Shown here piece by piece: positions 55,494 through 64,000 of a stretch of DNA of 64,000 bases (its first letter is position 1; each line of letters begins with the position of its first letter). The position numbers were made by a program, and so were the translations under genes. Origin of the DNA: a virus. The stretch is taken from the IMG/VR virus record IMGVR_UViG_3300035228_001078; one strand, written 5' to 3'. The notes beneath the pieces are model-generated. The model had not been told where the DNA came from, searched no databases, and saw nothing but the letters and a program-made list of their open reading frames with translations.

Positions 55494-56287
55494 CCCTCAC
55501 AATACAAGTCTTTAGTGTTATTGGTTTGACTCAAGGGAGGACCAAACCAATTAGAAGGTGCAACCACCCTCTTATCTGGGTTAGTGCAAAGCCATGCTCC
55601 CCACCAACTGAAAGAACTGTTAGCAATAATAAAGTCACTACACATAGACATCAAACAAAGGTCAAGATATTGATCATTGGTTTGAGATACTAAGAAGCGG
55701 TCTTCATCAAACAGATCTTCTTGCAAGCACCAATCGGGGTCATCAGAAAAGATAATTACCTCACGATCATCACCGAAACGGTTAAGTGCTTCCCTATAGT
55801 AATTTATATCACAAATAGGATGGTGTGAATAATTTTGATAGTCAGTACGACGCACATGTAGAGCAACAGGATTATTAACTTCCTTCAGCATCTTCTTACA
55901 TGGATCAAGATAATCATCCTTAAAGCTAAAATCTTCAAGGAGACTTTCTCTCACATTACTAAAGTATTTTTCAGACTGAAAAAATCCAAACAACGATACG
56001 AAGTCTGGACAATTATCAAACAAGTTCTGATCAAAGTGAAAGTGCTCCTCCCTTACAACAGGACGCTCCTTATCAATATACTGTACCTGAAGTGCGCTCA
56101 GGTTAGAAAGATTAAATGGAACAAACAGTTGGTGTTCGTTCCATTCATCTGCTTTACTTTTATATTTTGATGGTGGCACAGCAAATGTGTAACCACAATT
56201 AGCTGCAATACCTTTTACAGCAGCATACTGAAACATTTGATTGGCAAGACGATCTTTCATCTTGCCAACATAATTAATACCAATCAT
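55478..56287 (-). CDS. alpha-1,2-fucosyltransferase (GT11)
   Basis: L.NQMFQYA, G.FQSEKYF, HVRRTDY, IFSDD, IIANSSFSWWGAWL. Confidence 0.92.
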   Translation of the reverse strand: MIGINYVGKMKDRLANQMFQYAAVKGIAANCGYTFAVPPSKYKSKADEWNEHQLFVPFNLSNLSALQVQYIDKERPVVREEHFHFDQNLFDNCPDFVSLFGFFQSEKYFSNVRESLLEDFSFKDDYLDPCKKMLKEVNNPVALHVRRTDYQNYSHHPICDINYYREALNRFGDDREVIIFSDDPDWCLQEDLFDEDRFLVSQTNDQYLDLCLMSMCSDFIIANSSFSWWGAWLCTNPDKRVVAPSNWFGPPLSQTNNTKDLYCEGWEIV

Positions 56288-57237
56288 CTTGTTTGCAAAT
56301 CAGTTTGTGCAATATACCAGTCGTAAGTTTTACGAAGACCTTCTAGTAATTTATGGTTCGGCTTCCAACCTTTTTTCAGGAGTTTTGTATAGTCCAGAGG
56401 ACGCTTGGGTGTACCATCTGGTTTAGAAGTATCCCATTCAATCTCTCCAGGGTATCCAGTTACCTTTGCCATCATTTCTGCTAGTTCTTTGATAGAAACA
56501 TCCTCGCCTGATCCTACATTGAGCAACTCTGCACAGCTGTAGTTCTCCATGGCAAACATACATGCATCGGCAAGATCATCTACATGGAGGAACTCTCTAC
56601 GAGGGGTGCCTGTACCCCAGCAGGTGACGGGTTTATCGCCCTGCTGCCAGTTATTAAACTTCTGCATCATCGCGGGGATCACATGCCCATTCAGAGGATG
56701 GAAGTTATCATTGGGACCATACAGGTTAGCAGGCATGAGACTAACACCCTTAAATCCGTACTGTTTATAGTAGGACTTGAGCATGTATATACCATGAATC
56801 TTGGCAAGAGCATACGCATCATTAGTAGGCTCAAGTTCTCCAGACATCAGAGACTCTTCTTGTACAGGAGTCTCTGCAAACTTAGGATAGATGCATACAC
56901 TTCCCAAAAACAAAAACTTTTTAACACCGCTTTTCCAAGCATTGTGAATTAAATTGTTTTGAATCTGAGTGTTCTGGTAGATAAACTCTGCTGAATAAGT
57001 ATCGTTAGCATGAATGCCGCCGACACGAGCAGCAGCATCAAATACATAATCAATTTGTTCATAGTCAAAGAAACTTTCTACAGCCTCTTGATCCATAAGA
57101 TCAAGTTCTTGCCTAGTCCTGGTAATAACTTTAGTGTACCCTTCTTCTTTGAGACGACGAACAATGGCAGACCCAACTAGACCACAGTGACCAGCAACAA
57201 AAATTTTTGAATCTTTATTCATTGTCCTAATCTTCAC
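56284..57237 (-). CDS. fcl: GDP-L-fucose synthase
   Basis: AG..GLVGSA, AAARVGGI.AN, LGS.CIYPK, LEPTN..YA.AK, NLYGP.DNF, WGTG.P.REF. Confidence 0.95.
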   Translation of the reverse strand: MKIRTMNKDSKIFVAGHCGLVGSAIVRRLKEEGYTKVITRTRQELDLMDQEAVESFFDYEQIDYVFDAAARVGGIHANDTYSAEFIYQNTQIQNNLIHNAWKSGVKKFLFLGSVCIYPKFAETPVQEESLMSGELEPTNDAYALAKIHGIYMLKSYYKQYGFKGVSLMPANLYGPNDNFHPLNGHVIPAMMQKFNNWQQGDKPVTCWGTGTPRREFLHVDDLADACMFAMENYSCAELLNVGSGEDVSIKELAEMMAKVTGYPGEIEWDTSKPDGTPKRPLDYTKLLKKGWKPNHKLLEGLRKTYDWYIAQTDLQTR

Positions 57238-58499
57238 GGTGCAATAACTACTTCAGGTTCAGGTAGTGGGAATAGGAAACGCTTTCCTTTGAACTTTTCA
57301 TTCTTGAGAAAGAAGTCTCTAAAGTGCCAAGGTAATACGATATGAAGATCGAAGTCACGCATCAGCACATCCTCTTCATCCTTAATAGGAATCCATGTTC
57401 CAGGAGTGAACGACCCATCCTTATCAGGATTAACATCTCCAATCATCTCTACATCATCAGGAGTCACTTCCCATGTCTGTAGTGTGACATTTCCCTTGGT
57501 ACTAGCACCAAGACAACAGATCTTTGCACCATTACCTTTGTAGAAGTCAAGGATCTTCCAGAACTGTTCCTTGCAGTCATTGATCCTCTGAGCAAACTCT
57601 TCCCAGGGTTCAGTTGTATCCAGTTTCTTTTCAAGCTCTAGAGCGATAAGACCGGTCAACTTAGTTGTACACTCTTTACGCTCACTGTTAGTAGAGGGCG
57701 TAACAACAACAGAGATGCTACCACCATTAACATTATTGAAATCAAAATCAACAATCTTAAATCCTGCCTTGTCCATAATGTACTTGATTTGCCGCATACC
57801 ATAGTATGACAGATGCTCATGGCACACGGTGTCGAATGAATTCATCTTCAACATTTCTGGCATGTAGCTCTGCTCAAGCACCCAAATGCCACGAGGATCA
57901 ATGATCTCATTGACCTGACGAGCAAACTCACATGGATCTTCCAGGTCATAGAACATCGAGAACGATGTTACAACCTTTGCCTTCTGCTTACCAAACCGAT
58001 CACGATAGGTATCAGCAGAGAAGAAGTCTGCAATATAATTAACATGCTCAGGAATATAATCCCTAAACTTTTTAGATGTAGGATCGATACTCATGAGTTG
58101 TAAATCATGAGGGAAAGATCCAAGGAAGGTGCCATCATTTCCAGCAATATCAATGACGATATCACCAGATTCAAGCTTGGTGTCTGCTCTAATCTTCTCT
58201 GCTTTCTCACGCAGATGACGAATCATACTGCCGTTGAGACCAGAGCGATAACCATACTCATCACCATACATGGTAGGCAGATCAAATGTATGCTCAAGCT
58301 GAACATGACCACAACCACCTTTTTTCTCATCACACTTTACAAGTGCAAGAGGACCTTTGTACATACCCAGATCGATAGTCTTAGGAAAAATACCCGAAAG
58401 ATATTGATCTCCAAGGTCAAGCACAGTAACTAGATGTTCGTTACCACAAACTCTGCAGCGTTCGATTTTGTGAAATTTATTCATTGTCCAAAAATACAC
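57234..58499 (-). CDS. NDP-sugar C-methyltransferase
   Basis: N-terminal CRVC..C..C zinc site, DIAGNDG, D..CHEH..YY, GAS.KG, LPWHF. Confidence 0.85.
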   Translation of the reverse strand: MYFWTMNKFHKIERCRVCGNEHLVTVLDLGDQYLSGIFPKTIDLGMYKGPLALVKCDEKKGGCGHVQLEHTFDLPTMYGDEYGYRSGLNGSMIRHLREKAEKIRADTKLESGDIVIDIAGNDGTFLGSFPHDLQLMSIDPTSKKFRDYIPEHVNYIADFFSADTYRDRFGKQKAKVVTSFSMFYDLEDPCEFARQVNEIIDPRGIWVLEQSYMPEMLKMNSFDTVCHEHLSYYGMRQIKYIMDKAGFKIVDFDFNNVNGGSISVVVTPSTNSERKECTTKLTGLIALELEKKLDTTEPWEEFAQRINDCKEQFWKILDFYKGNGAKICCLGASTKGNVTLQTWEVTPDDVEMIGDVNPDKDGSFTPGTWIPIKDEEDVLMRDFDLHIVLPWHFRDFFLKNEKFKGKRFLFPLPEPEVVIAP

Positions 58500-59473
58500 A
58501 TGTCTTGTACAAGGTCAGAGAAACTAAATTCTGGTTCCCACCCTAGAACAGTTCTTGCCTTAGTAAAATCACCCAGAAGTTGTTCCACTTCTGTCGGGCG
58601 GTAATATTTAGGGTTCACCCGGATGATGTCTCTGTTCATACATTTACAGAAACCAACCTCACTTTCGCCCTCTCCACGCCACTCAATATTAAATCCAAAG
58701 TATTGAGATGCCTCTTCAACAAACTGTCTGACACTACGCATCTCACCTGTAGCAAGAACAAAATCATCAGGAGTTTCGTGCTGTGCAATCATCCACATAC
58801 CACGAACAAAATCTTTAGCATGACCCCAGTCACGCTGAGCATCAAGGTTACCAAGCTCTAGAACATCTTGAAGTCCTGCAGAGATCTTTGATAGTCCTCT
58901 CGTGATTTTGCGAGTGACAAATGTTTCGCCTCTCCTAGGGGACTCATGATTGAATAGAATACCGTTACTAGCATGTATACCATACGCCTCGCGGTAGTTT
59001 CGTGTGATCCAATAGGCATAAAGCTTTGCTACACCATAGGGTGAGCGCGGATAAAATGGCGTGGTCTCTGATTGAGGGACCTCTTGTACCAGTCCATACA
59101 GTTCACTTGTAGATGCCTGATAGAACTTGCAGGGATGATCTAGCAGACGAATAGCATCCAAAAGACGCAGTGTGCCTAAAGCATCAACCTCTCCAACATA
59201 GTCAGGCATCTCAAAGGACACCTTAACATGACTCATTGCACCAAGGTTGTATACCTCAGTAGGTTTAATTGTCTGGATTAAGCTGATGAGATTACCTGCA
59301 TCAGTCAGGTCTCCATAGTGAAGATTAATTTTATCGTAGATATGATCAATACGATGGGTATTAATAAGAGAAGAACGGCGTACAATGCCATGAACTTCAT
59401 ATCCCTTTTCAAGGAGAAATTCTGCAAGGTACGAACCGTCCTGTCCCGTAATACCAGTTATTAGTGCTATCAT
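58481..59473 (-). CDS. gmd: GDP-mannose 4,6-dehydratase
   Basis: [48 protein letters not shown]. Confidence 0.97.
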   Translation of the reverse strand: MIALITGITGQDGSYLAEFLLEKGYEVHGIVRRSSLINTHRIDHIYDKINLHYGDLTDAGNLISLIQTIKPTEVYNLGAMSHVKVSFEMPDYVGEVDALGTLRLLDAIRLLDHPCKFYQASTSELYGLVQEVPQSETTPFYPRSPYGVAKLYAYWITRNYREAYGIHASNGILFNHESPRRGETFVTRKITRGLSKISAGLQDVLELGNLDAQRDWGHAKDFVRGMWMIAQHETPDDFVLATGEMRSVRQFVEEASQYFGFNIEWRGEGESEVGFCKCMNRDIIRVNPKYYRPTEVEQLLGDFTKARTVLGWEPEFSFSDLVQDMCIFGQ

Positions 59474-59857
59474 TTATGTGAAAGTAATTGTATCCTGGCA
59501 GAGTCCTCCCATATCTACGGGTGCTGCTGCATAGGTCATACCGAGAACGGTGTCACCAGTGGTGCCAGAGCTAATAGTATCGGCGTTGAAGTTAAAACTA
59601 ATGGTGTCAGAAGATGCAGTGCCAGGATTACCTGTAACGCTATGTCCATCATCCATCCAAAAATTATTAACGGAACCAGAATCTTCGTCGTTGTACATAT
59701 GACTGAATGCACCATCGGTAATTGTTCTCATACCGATATAGTAGCTCCAAATGTCTTCTAGATTTTCTGTTTCCTCGTCGTTATTTAGTGCAGAGATCAG
59801 AGCGTCACGAATAGAATCGACAGCGTTTTGATAGTGCTTGTAGTTAGGGCAGGACAT
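59474..59857 (-). CDS. hypothetical protein
   Basis: ORF in operon, low-complexity C-half. Confidence 0.65.
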   Translation of the reverse strand: MSCPNYKHYQNAVDSIRDALISALNNDEETENLEDIWSYYIGMRTITDGAFSHMYNDEDSGSVNNFWMDDGHSVTGNPGTASSDTISFNFNADTISSGTTGDTVLGMTYAAAPVDMGGLCQDTITFT

Positions 59858-59859
59858 AA

Positions 59860-60171
59860 TTAATGAGGAGATGATACAGTGTCAGTAGTATAGCAGGGAA
59901 CTCCTGCAGGGTCTAACCATTTAGAATACTCAAAGTCTTCTATGGCAAGGAAGCATTGATCAGCGTTATCGAAAAGATAGATGTCAGAGTATTTTTTAGT
60001 ATACTCGTCTGCTTTCTGAAGACGCAAGTCAGGTTTACCATTCAGCTGAATATAACCCTTCTGTACATAGCGATAAGGAAAACGCTCATGAATAATAAGA
60101 GTCTTAGTCGATTCTACAGACTTTGGATCTAGATCATTCATGGATAACACCTTCGGTAACAAGATCAGCAT
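59860..60171 (-). CDS. conserved cyanophage hypothetical protein (start probably MNDLD)
   Basis: ERFPYRYV..G....NG.PD.R.QK, WLDP.GVPCY. Confidence 0.7.
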   Translation of the reverse strand: MLILLPKVLSMNDLDPKSVESTKTLIIHERFPYRYVQKGYIQLNGKPDLRLQKADEYTKKYSDIYLFDNADQCFLAIEDFEYSKWLDPAGVPCYTTDTVSSPH

Positions 60172-60355
60172 ACAGGCAGTCTAGCAGGATCTCATAATCA
60201 TCGCAAGGATCGTCTTTGAATACCACACCTTTCTCAATGTAGAACTTAGTAACCTTTTTATAAATTTTTGGGTACTTGTGATCCAGTGCGATTTGACCCT
60301 CAGCAGCACCACGCAAAATGTCGATGCTCTTCTTGAACTTAGCTGTAATGGACAT
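60134..60355 (-). CDS. hypothetical protein
   Basis: first gene after the 60378-60418 promoter. Confidence 0.7.
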   Translation of the reverse strand: MSITAKFKKSIDILRGAAEGQIALDHKYPKIYKKVTKFYIEKGVVFKDDPCDDYEILLDCLYADLVTEGVIHE

Positions 60356-60377
60356 TGCCTTGTTGGTTTACCTTGTA

Positions 60378-60418
60378 ATTATAAGACATCTGATCTGTTT
60401 TGTGAAGCTCTAGTGGAC
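60378..60418 (-). promoter_or_regulatory. early-type promoter, GTCCAC-N29-TATAAT
   Basis: matches the 98-138 element, including downstream TACAAG(G)TAAAC(A/C)AACAAG. Confidence 0.6.
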
Positions 60419-60432
60419 GGTTGTTCCAGTGT

Positions 60433-60669
60433 CTAATGTATCATCTCCTGGTCTTTCATATATTGTAGAGTTTCTTTGAGAGTGCCGCGATGCCTAAGTC
60501 CAATAGCAATCTGTGGATACTCTGCATTGCCACCAAACTCCATTTCAAATTGAGTTTTAGTAAAGTCTGCGTCGAGATAAAACTCTCTGATATCTTCGTG
60601 AACACTCTCTAGGAGCATCCTTGCTCTCTCACACTCTTGACTTCTGTTTGAATAGATAATCGCTTGCAT
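60433..60669 (-). CDS. glutaredoxin-like protein lacking the N-terminal Cys (SQEC)
   Basis: IIYS...QEC, YPQI, HRG.L fit the Grx fold. Confidence 0.7.
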   Translation of the reverse strand: MQAIIYSNRSQECERARMLLESVHEDIREFYLDADFTKTQFEMEFGGNAEYPQIAIGLRHRGTLKETLQYMKDQEMIH

Positions 60670-60670
60670 G

Positions 60671-60856
60671 TTAAGTGTTGCGTTTTTTTACACGGCGGTC
60701 AAACTTTTTCATTTGATATCCCTCACGAAGTGCATGAATTATAATACTATCGTAAGAGTGAGACCTAAGAGGAATATTGCGATGTAGCAGAAAGTCTTCG
60801 CAGTCATCTGCTAATACTTCCTTCTCTTCATGGCTTAATCTTTCAAGGTCAATCAT
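60671..60856 (-). CDS. hypothetical protein
   Basis: ORF in operon. Confidence 0.6.
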   Translation of the reverse strand: MIDLERLSHEEKEVLADDCEDFLLHRNIPLRSHSYDSIIIHALREGYQMKKFDRRVKKRNT

Positions 60857-61101
60857 CGTTCTTCAAAGTTTAGTTTACGAACCTTTCGTTTCCTTCGGTT
60901 CTCTTGATACTCTAAATCATTTTTTGTAAGAATGGTATTATCTTTAACATTCTTATTATAATTTGTCCATACTACTTTGGTTAAGTCAATAGCGGATACC
61001 TTATCACCATCAACGGTCATCATATTCGGACACCCACAGCATTGAATCTTGGTCGAGCTGGTCAATTCTTGATTGCATATTTTGCACCTGACAGATAACA
61101 T
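60853..61101 (-). CDS. zinc-ribbon hypothetical protein
   Basis: CKIC...CCGCPN. Confidence 0.7.
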   Translation of the reverse strand: MLSVRCKICNQELTSSTKIQCCGCPNMMTVDGDKVSAIDLTKVVWTNYNKNVKDNTILTKNDLEYQENRRKRKVRKLNFEER

Positions 61102-61158
61102 GTTTCAATAACTCCTTTACTTCTGATAACTCTTCTTTAATTTTTTGCTTTTTCATGA

Positions 61159-61230
61159 TGGGAGATACAAGGATCGAACTTGTGACAATCTCGGTGTAAA
61201 CGAGGTGCTCTACCGCTGAGCTAATCTCCC
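61159..61230 (-). tRNA. tRNA-Val(TAC)
   Basis: GGGAGAT TAGCTCAG..., anticodon loop TTTACAC, T-loop GTTCGA, acceptor stem pairs; no encoded CCA. Confidence 0.92.
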
Positions 61231-61847
61231 TTAAACATGAAGGTGTAGTTAACTCTCCGACTCATTAGACCATCTTTCATTGAAACATTGTTCGTTTCGT
61301 GAAAGTATTTAGAGTTGAATATTAACAACCGATTGCATGAGTAGGGGACTATTGTCTTCTTAGAATTTGTATAGTCTAAGAATTTTTTAATCAATTCTGG
61401 ATTAGAATTGTATTCTTGATAGGTCCATGAAAGAGGCGGTTTGATATCATAGATAATCAAACCGTTTTTCTCTTTGTCAATCACACAATCATTAGGAGTA
61501 ACCCACAAGTTAACATTGTAACGAGATGGGTCTGCATGGGGTGTGACTCCCTCTGCCTCATTATTATAAACGAAAGCCCATCCCCTGTCAAATTCTCCAA
61601 GGAAAGGAAATTTGTTTTGTAGTCCTAGAACCACATCTTTAATAAGAGGTAATGGAACATATGTACTATCGTAATTTATAGAGAAATAACCTTCTTCGTA
61701 TTCCTCATTACGGATGTCTGTCGTGAGAGCAAACTCTCTCAGTTCTTCAATTACTTCTGGAAGAAATAAATTATCCTCCACATAGTAACGGCAATCATCA
61801 ATACTCTTCTTTACTATATTTGATTGCATATGTAAACCTGTGATCAC
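61221..61847 (-). CDS. 2OG-Fe(II) oxygenase-like protein
   Basis: WAF.Y, PHAD, VNLWVTP, Y..NR..IF.S..FH.T, R.N.T.MF. Confidence 0.78.
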   Translation of the reverse strand: MITGLHMQSNIVKKSIDDCRYYVEDNLFLPEVIEELREFALTTDIRNEEYEEGYFSINYDSTYVPLPLIKDVVLGLQNKFPFLGEFDRGWAFVYNNEAEGVTPHADPSRYNVNLWVTPNDCVIDKEKNGLIIYDIKPPLSWTYQEYNSNPELIKKFLDYTNSKKTIVPYSCNRLLIFNSKYFHETNNVSMKDGLMSRRVNYTFMFKGD

Positions 61848-62370
61848 TATTAAAAGGAGTAGCTCTATGCCAAATCCATCCAGTAAACTTTACGAGAGTA
61901 TTAGGGATTGGTGGTATGGCAATGATTTTTTCTTCTAGAAAAAATTCTGTTGCCCCGCCTTCATCTAATCCTTTGAAGACTGGATTGGCGTACAGTAGAA
62001 AGGTAACACAATCAATTGGTTCTTCACAATCTCGATGATAATTTGCTAACTCTCTAGGAGCAAAACAATTGATATACAATCTATCAAGTTTATACTCTTC
62101 CATTTCTGGAAATTTATCTAGGATTTTCCCATGAATAAGGTCAATGACATCCTGATCTTCTTCATCAGTATCGTCAGTCAGAAGATCATATGTCATACCT
62201 GTGGGTTTATGGGTATCCTCATCCTTTTCTCCGTACCTATATTGACACTCTTCAGCAAACTCTGAGAGGTCACTAAAATTATTTCTGGATAAAAATTTAT
62301 CTATCACACAAATACTTGGTCTAACACTAGTTTCGTAGTGATGCATTTTAACAAAGTTCCGAACAATCAT
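61798..62370 (-). CDS. 2OG-Fe(II) oxygenase (prolyl-hydroxylase-like)
   Basis: YHRD, T.LLY.NP, GG.T.F, P.PN..V.F...IWH, R.T.A.K. Confidence 0.82.
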   Translation of the reverse strand: MIVRNFVKMHHYETSVRPSICVIDKFLSRNNFSDLSEFAEECQYRYGEKDEDTHKPTGMTYDLLTDDTDEEDQDVIDLIHGKILDKFPEMEEYKLDRLYINCFAPRELANYHRDCEEPIDCVTFLLYANPVFKGLDEGGATEFFLEEKIIAIPPIPNTLVKFTGWIWHRATPFNSDHRFTYAIKYSKEEY

Positions 62371-62945
62371 AATTCATCGAGAGCTGAGTCAATATCTTGC
62401 ACTCTCCAAACCACAGTGTATCTATACACATAAGGATGGCGTGGTCCCAATCCTCTGTGACGAATGTTAGATGGAAACACTAACACTCTACCAGGAACAA
62501 ACTCATGCTCCTCAAGCACATTAAATTTCTCATCACACAATTGAAACTGACCACCCCACTCCTTAGTATCCCAGGTATGGTTAGCCATATACATCATGGT
62601 ATACTCGTCTGAATCATTTCCATCAATATGGTATGACCCATCACAGAAAGAATGTTGTAAATTATAATCAATTCTGTTCAAATAGTAGTACTGATCTGTT
62701 ACTTTTTGAATGTGCTCAAACATATCAAAAAATCTAGATGAATCTTTACTAAGAGTATCTACCCTATTGAAATTTGATCTAGAGAATATACATTCTCCAA
62801 ATAATCTATGTGTCCCATGAAGTGCATTGGGATAGTCAACACCGTTTGCAATATTGATAGCAGAGACTGGCATCTCAGCAAGCAGTTCTTCCGTCTCTAT
62901 TATATACTTTGGAGAAAATAAGTTATCGTGAATCTTAGCAATCAT
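62367..62945 (-). CDS. 2OG-Fe(II) oxygenase
   Basis: YHID, T..Y..N..W...WGG, PGR..VFPS...H, R.T. Confidence 0.82.
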   Translation of the reverse strand: MIAKIHDNLFSPKYIIETEELLAEMPVSAINIANGVDYPNALHGTHRLFGECIFSRSNFNRVDTLSKDSSRFFDMFEHIQKVTDQYYYLNRIDYNLQHSFCDGSYHIDGNDSDEYTMMYMANHTWDTKEWGGQFQLCDEKFNVLEEHEFVPGRVLVFPSNIRHRGLGPRHPYVYRYTVVWRVQDIDSALDEL

Positions 62946-63607
62946 ATCCTTGCCCAGTAAGACGGTAATGTGACAACATTTTCATACTCTTTATTAACCT
63001 CCTCACAAGATGTAATAAACAAATCATATACTATGGCAGCTCTAGGTTCGTCCCCCTCAAACTCACTAACAAAATGCATCATATTAGCAGGGAAAATAAT
63101 AAGGTCACCATCCTCAACCTCAACATCATAATTTAGATATCGTTCATGGACATTAATAGGTGCCATCTCAAACCCAGTGCTAGCGCAGAGTGTTAATACA
63201 CCACCCTCACCTTCTGTTCTTAGATAATAAATGGCACTGAAGTGAGACCCTTTATGTAGATGCTCAGGAACTCTGCCACTATGAGGACTAACTACGCTAG
63301 TCCATGCCTTCTGTACAAAGACGGCATACTCAAGTGTTTTACCATCATCAGCGTCTCTACAGATACTACGCAAGTATTCCTGCATAGCCTGAGATACTTG
63401 GTAGTTTAACCAGTAAAATTTTTCTGACCGATGCGCCATGAAAAACTTCTGGACATCTTGATCACCAGTCATGTTGCCATGATCATCGATCTCTTCTTGA
63501 TTTCTTTCCCAGAACTCTTCACAGAGATCCATCATCCCTTCCCACTCCTTGTCAGGACAAGGAACATTTGTTTGATATATCGCTGTAGGAAATAGTTCTT
63601 TAATCAT
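62942..63607 (-). CDS. 2OG-Fe(II) oxygenase (TIGR02466-like)
   Basis: LFPT.IY, AW, H.H, SAIYYL, IIFPA...H.V, R. Confidence 0.82.
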   Translation of the reverse strand: MIKELFPTAIYQTNVPCPDKEWEGMMDLCEEFWERNQEEIDDHGNMTGDQDVQKFFMAHRSEKFYWLNYQVSQAMQEYLRSICRDADDGKTLEYAVFVQKAWTSVVSPHSGRVPEHLHKGSHFSAIYYLRTEGEGGVLTLCASTGFEMAPINVHERYLNYDVEVEDGDLIIFPANMMHFVSEFEGDEPRAAIVYDLFITSCEEVNKEYENVVTLPSYWARI

Positions 63608-63608
63608 A

Positions 63609-63680
63609 AGCCTCTGACAAGATTTGAACTTGCGACCTGAGCTTTACAAAAGCCCTGCTCTACCACTGAGCTACGGAGGC
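63609..63680 (-). tRNA. tRNA-Thr(TGT)
   Basis: GCCTCCG TAGCTCAGTGGTAGAGC, anticodon loop TTTGTAA, GTTCAAAT. Confidence 0.92.
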
Positions 63681-63682
63681 AA

Positions 63683-63756
63683 CGATTCAGGCTGGACTCG
63701 AACCAGCGACCAACGCTTTAGAAGAGCGATGCTCTATTCCACTGAGCTACTGAACC
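63683..63756 (-). tRNA. tRNA-Arg(TCT)
   Basis: GGTTCAG TAGCTCAGTGGAATAGAGC, anticodon loop CTTCTAA, GTTCGAGTCC. Confidence 0.92.
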
Positions 63757-63764
63757 ATATGACC

Positions 63765-63793
63765 ATTATATCAGGCGGTCTCTTCCTCGTCAA
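63765..63793 (-). promoter_or_regulatory. sigma70 promoter of the tRNA/oxygenase unit
   Basis: TTGACG-N17-TATAAT. Confidence 0.8.
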
Positions 63794-64000
63794 CTGGCGT
63801 AAACCATATCTGTAGACTATATCTAAAGTCATCAGCAAATGGAGATACTGTGGTTACCATATGATCTTCGTTCTCTGTATTAAGAACCATCATATTATAT
63901 GTGGGGTTAAGTGCTCTCAACTTTTCTCCATCATTCCATATAAAGATACCTCCCCAATTGATATCCCACTCTCGGTTTAAGTATATAGTACAACCATTCT
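63771..64000 (-). CDS. 3' end of a 2OG-Fe(II) oxygenase (partial)
   Basis: own translation ..TIYLNREWDINWGGIFIW...P.YN.MV...DHMVT.V...RYSLQIWF. Confidence 0.75.
   Translation of the reverse strand, partial: NGCTIYLNREWDINWGGIFIWNDGEKLRALNPTYNMMVLNTENEDHMVTTVSPFADDFRYSLQIWFTPVDEEETA

Noticed and set aside
59474-60430. wcaG or manA RNA motifs expected near the GDP-fucose genes
   Set aside because: No intergenic space or recognisable conserved structure found upstream of gmd/fcl
63624-63815. + strand 63-aa ORF
   Set aside because: Antisense to two tRNA genes

Overview
This 64 kb window comes from a T4-like marine cyanomyophage (Kyanoviridae-like, roughly 40% GC). A Synechococcus host is likely given psbA plus psbD, E130-type D1 and tRNAs reading A-ending codons. 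Almost everything is on the minus strand. From left to right: (1) a baseplate/tail module (gp5, cp12, gp27-like hub, two tape-measure-like genes, gp51, gp26, gp54-like, then gp4, gp2, gp48, gp53 on +); (2) a replication/late-transcription core (gp32, gp33, exonuclease, phoH, thyX, glutaredoxin) with a glutamine-riboswitch-led DUF4278 gene; (3) an accessory island with a 1651-aa subtilase-fibre protein, an ADP-heptose pathway, a GT9-like transferase, a carbamoyltransferase, 2OG-Fe(II) oxygenases and tail fibres; (4) a photosynthesis/redox region (psbD, psbA, two hli, peroxiredoxin, DoxX, halogenase-like gene, small porin); (5) an 11-gene GDP-fucose/glycosyltransferase operon; (6) tRNAs interleaved with 2OG oxygenases. 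The most notable observations are a tandem glutamine-II riboswitch whose second aptamer carries a whole 53-codon ORF in its stem loop, a candidate -1 frameshift fusing gp26 to gp51 just before the tape-measure genes, a recurrent G-[IVLF]-[GAST]-[TS] motif in virion proteins next to sugar-transfer machinery (possible virion glycosylation system), and HLR1/RpaB-like repeats at the hli and psbD starts. All calls are from motif recognition by eye; no database searches were run.
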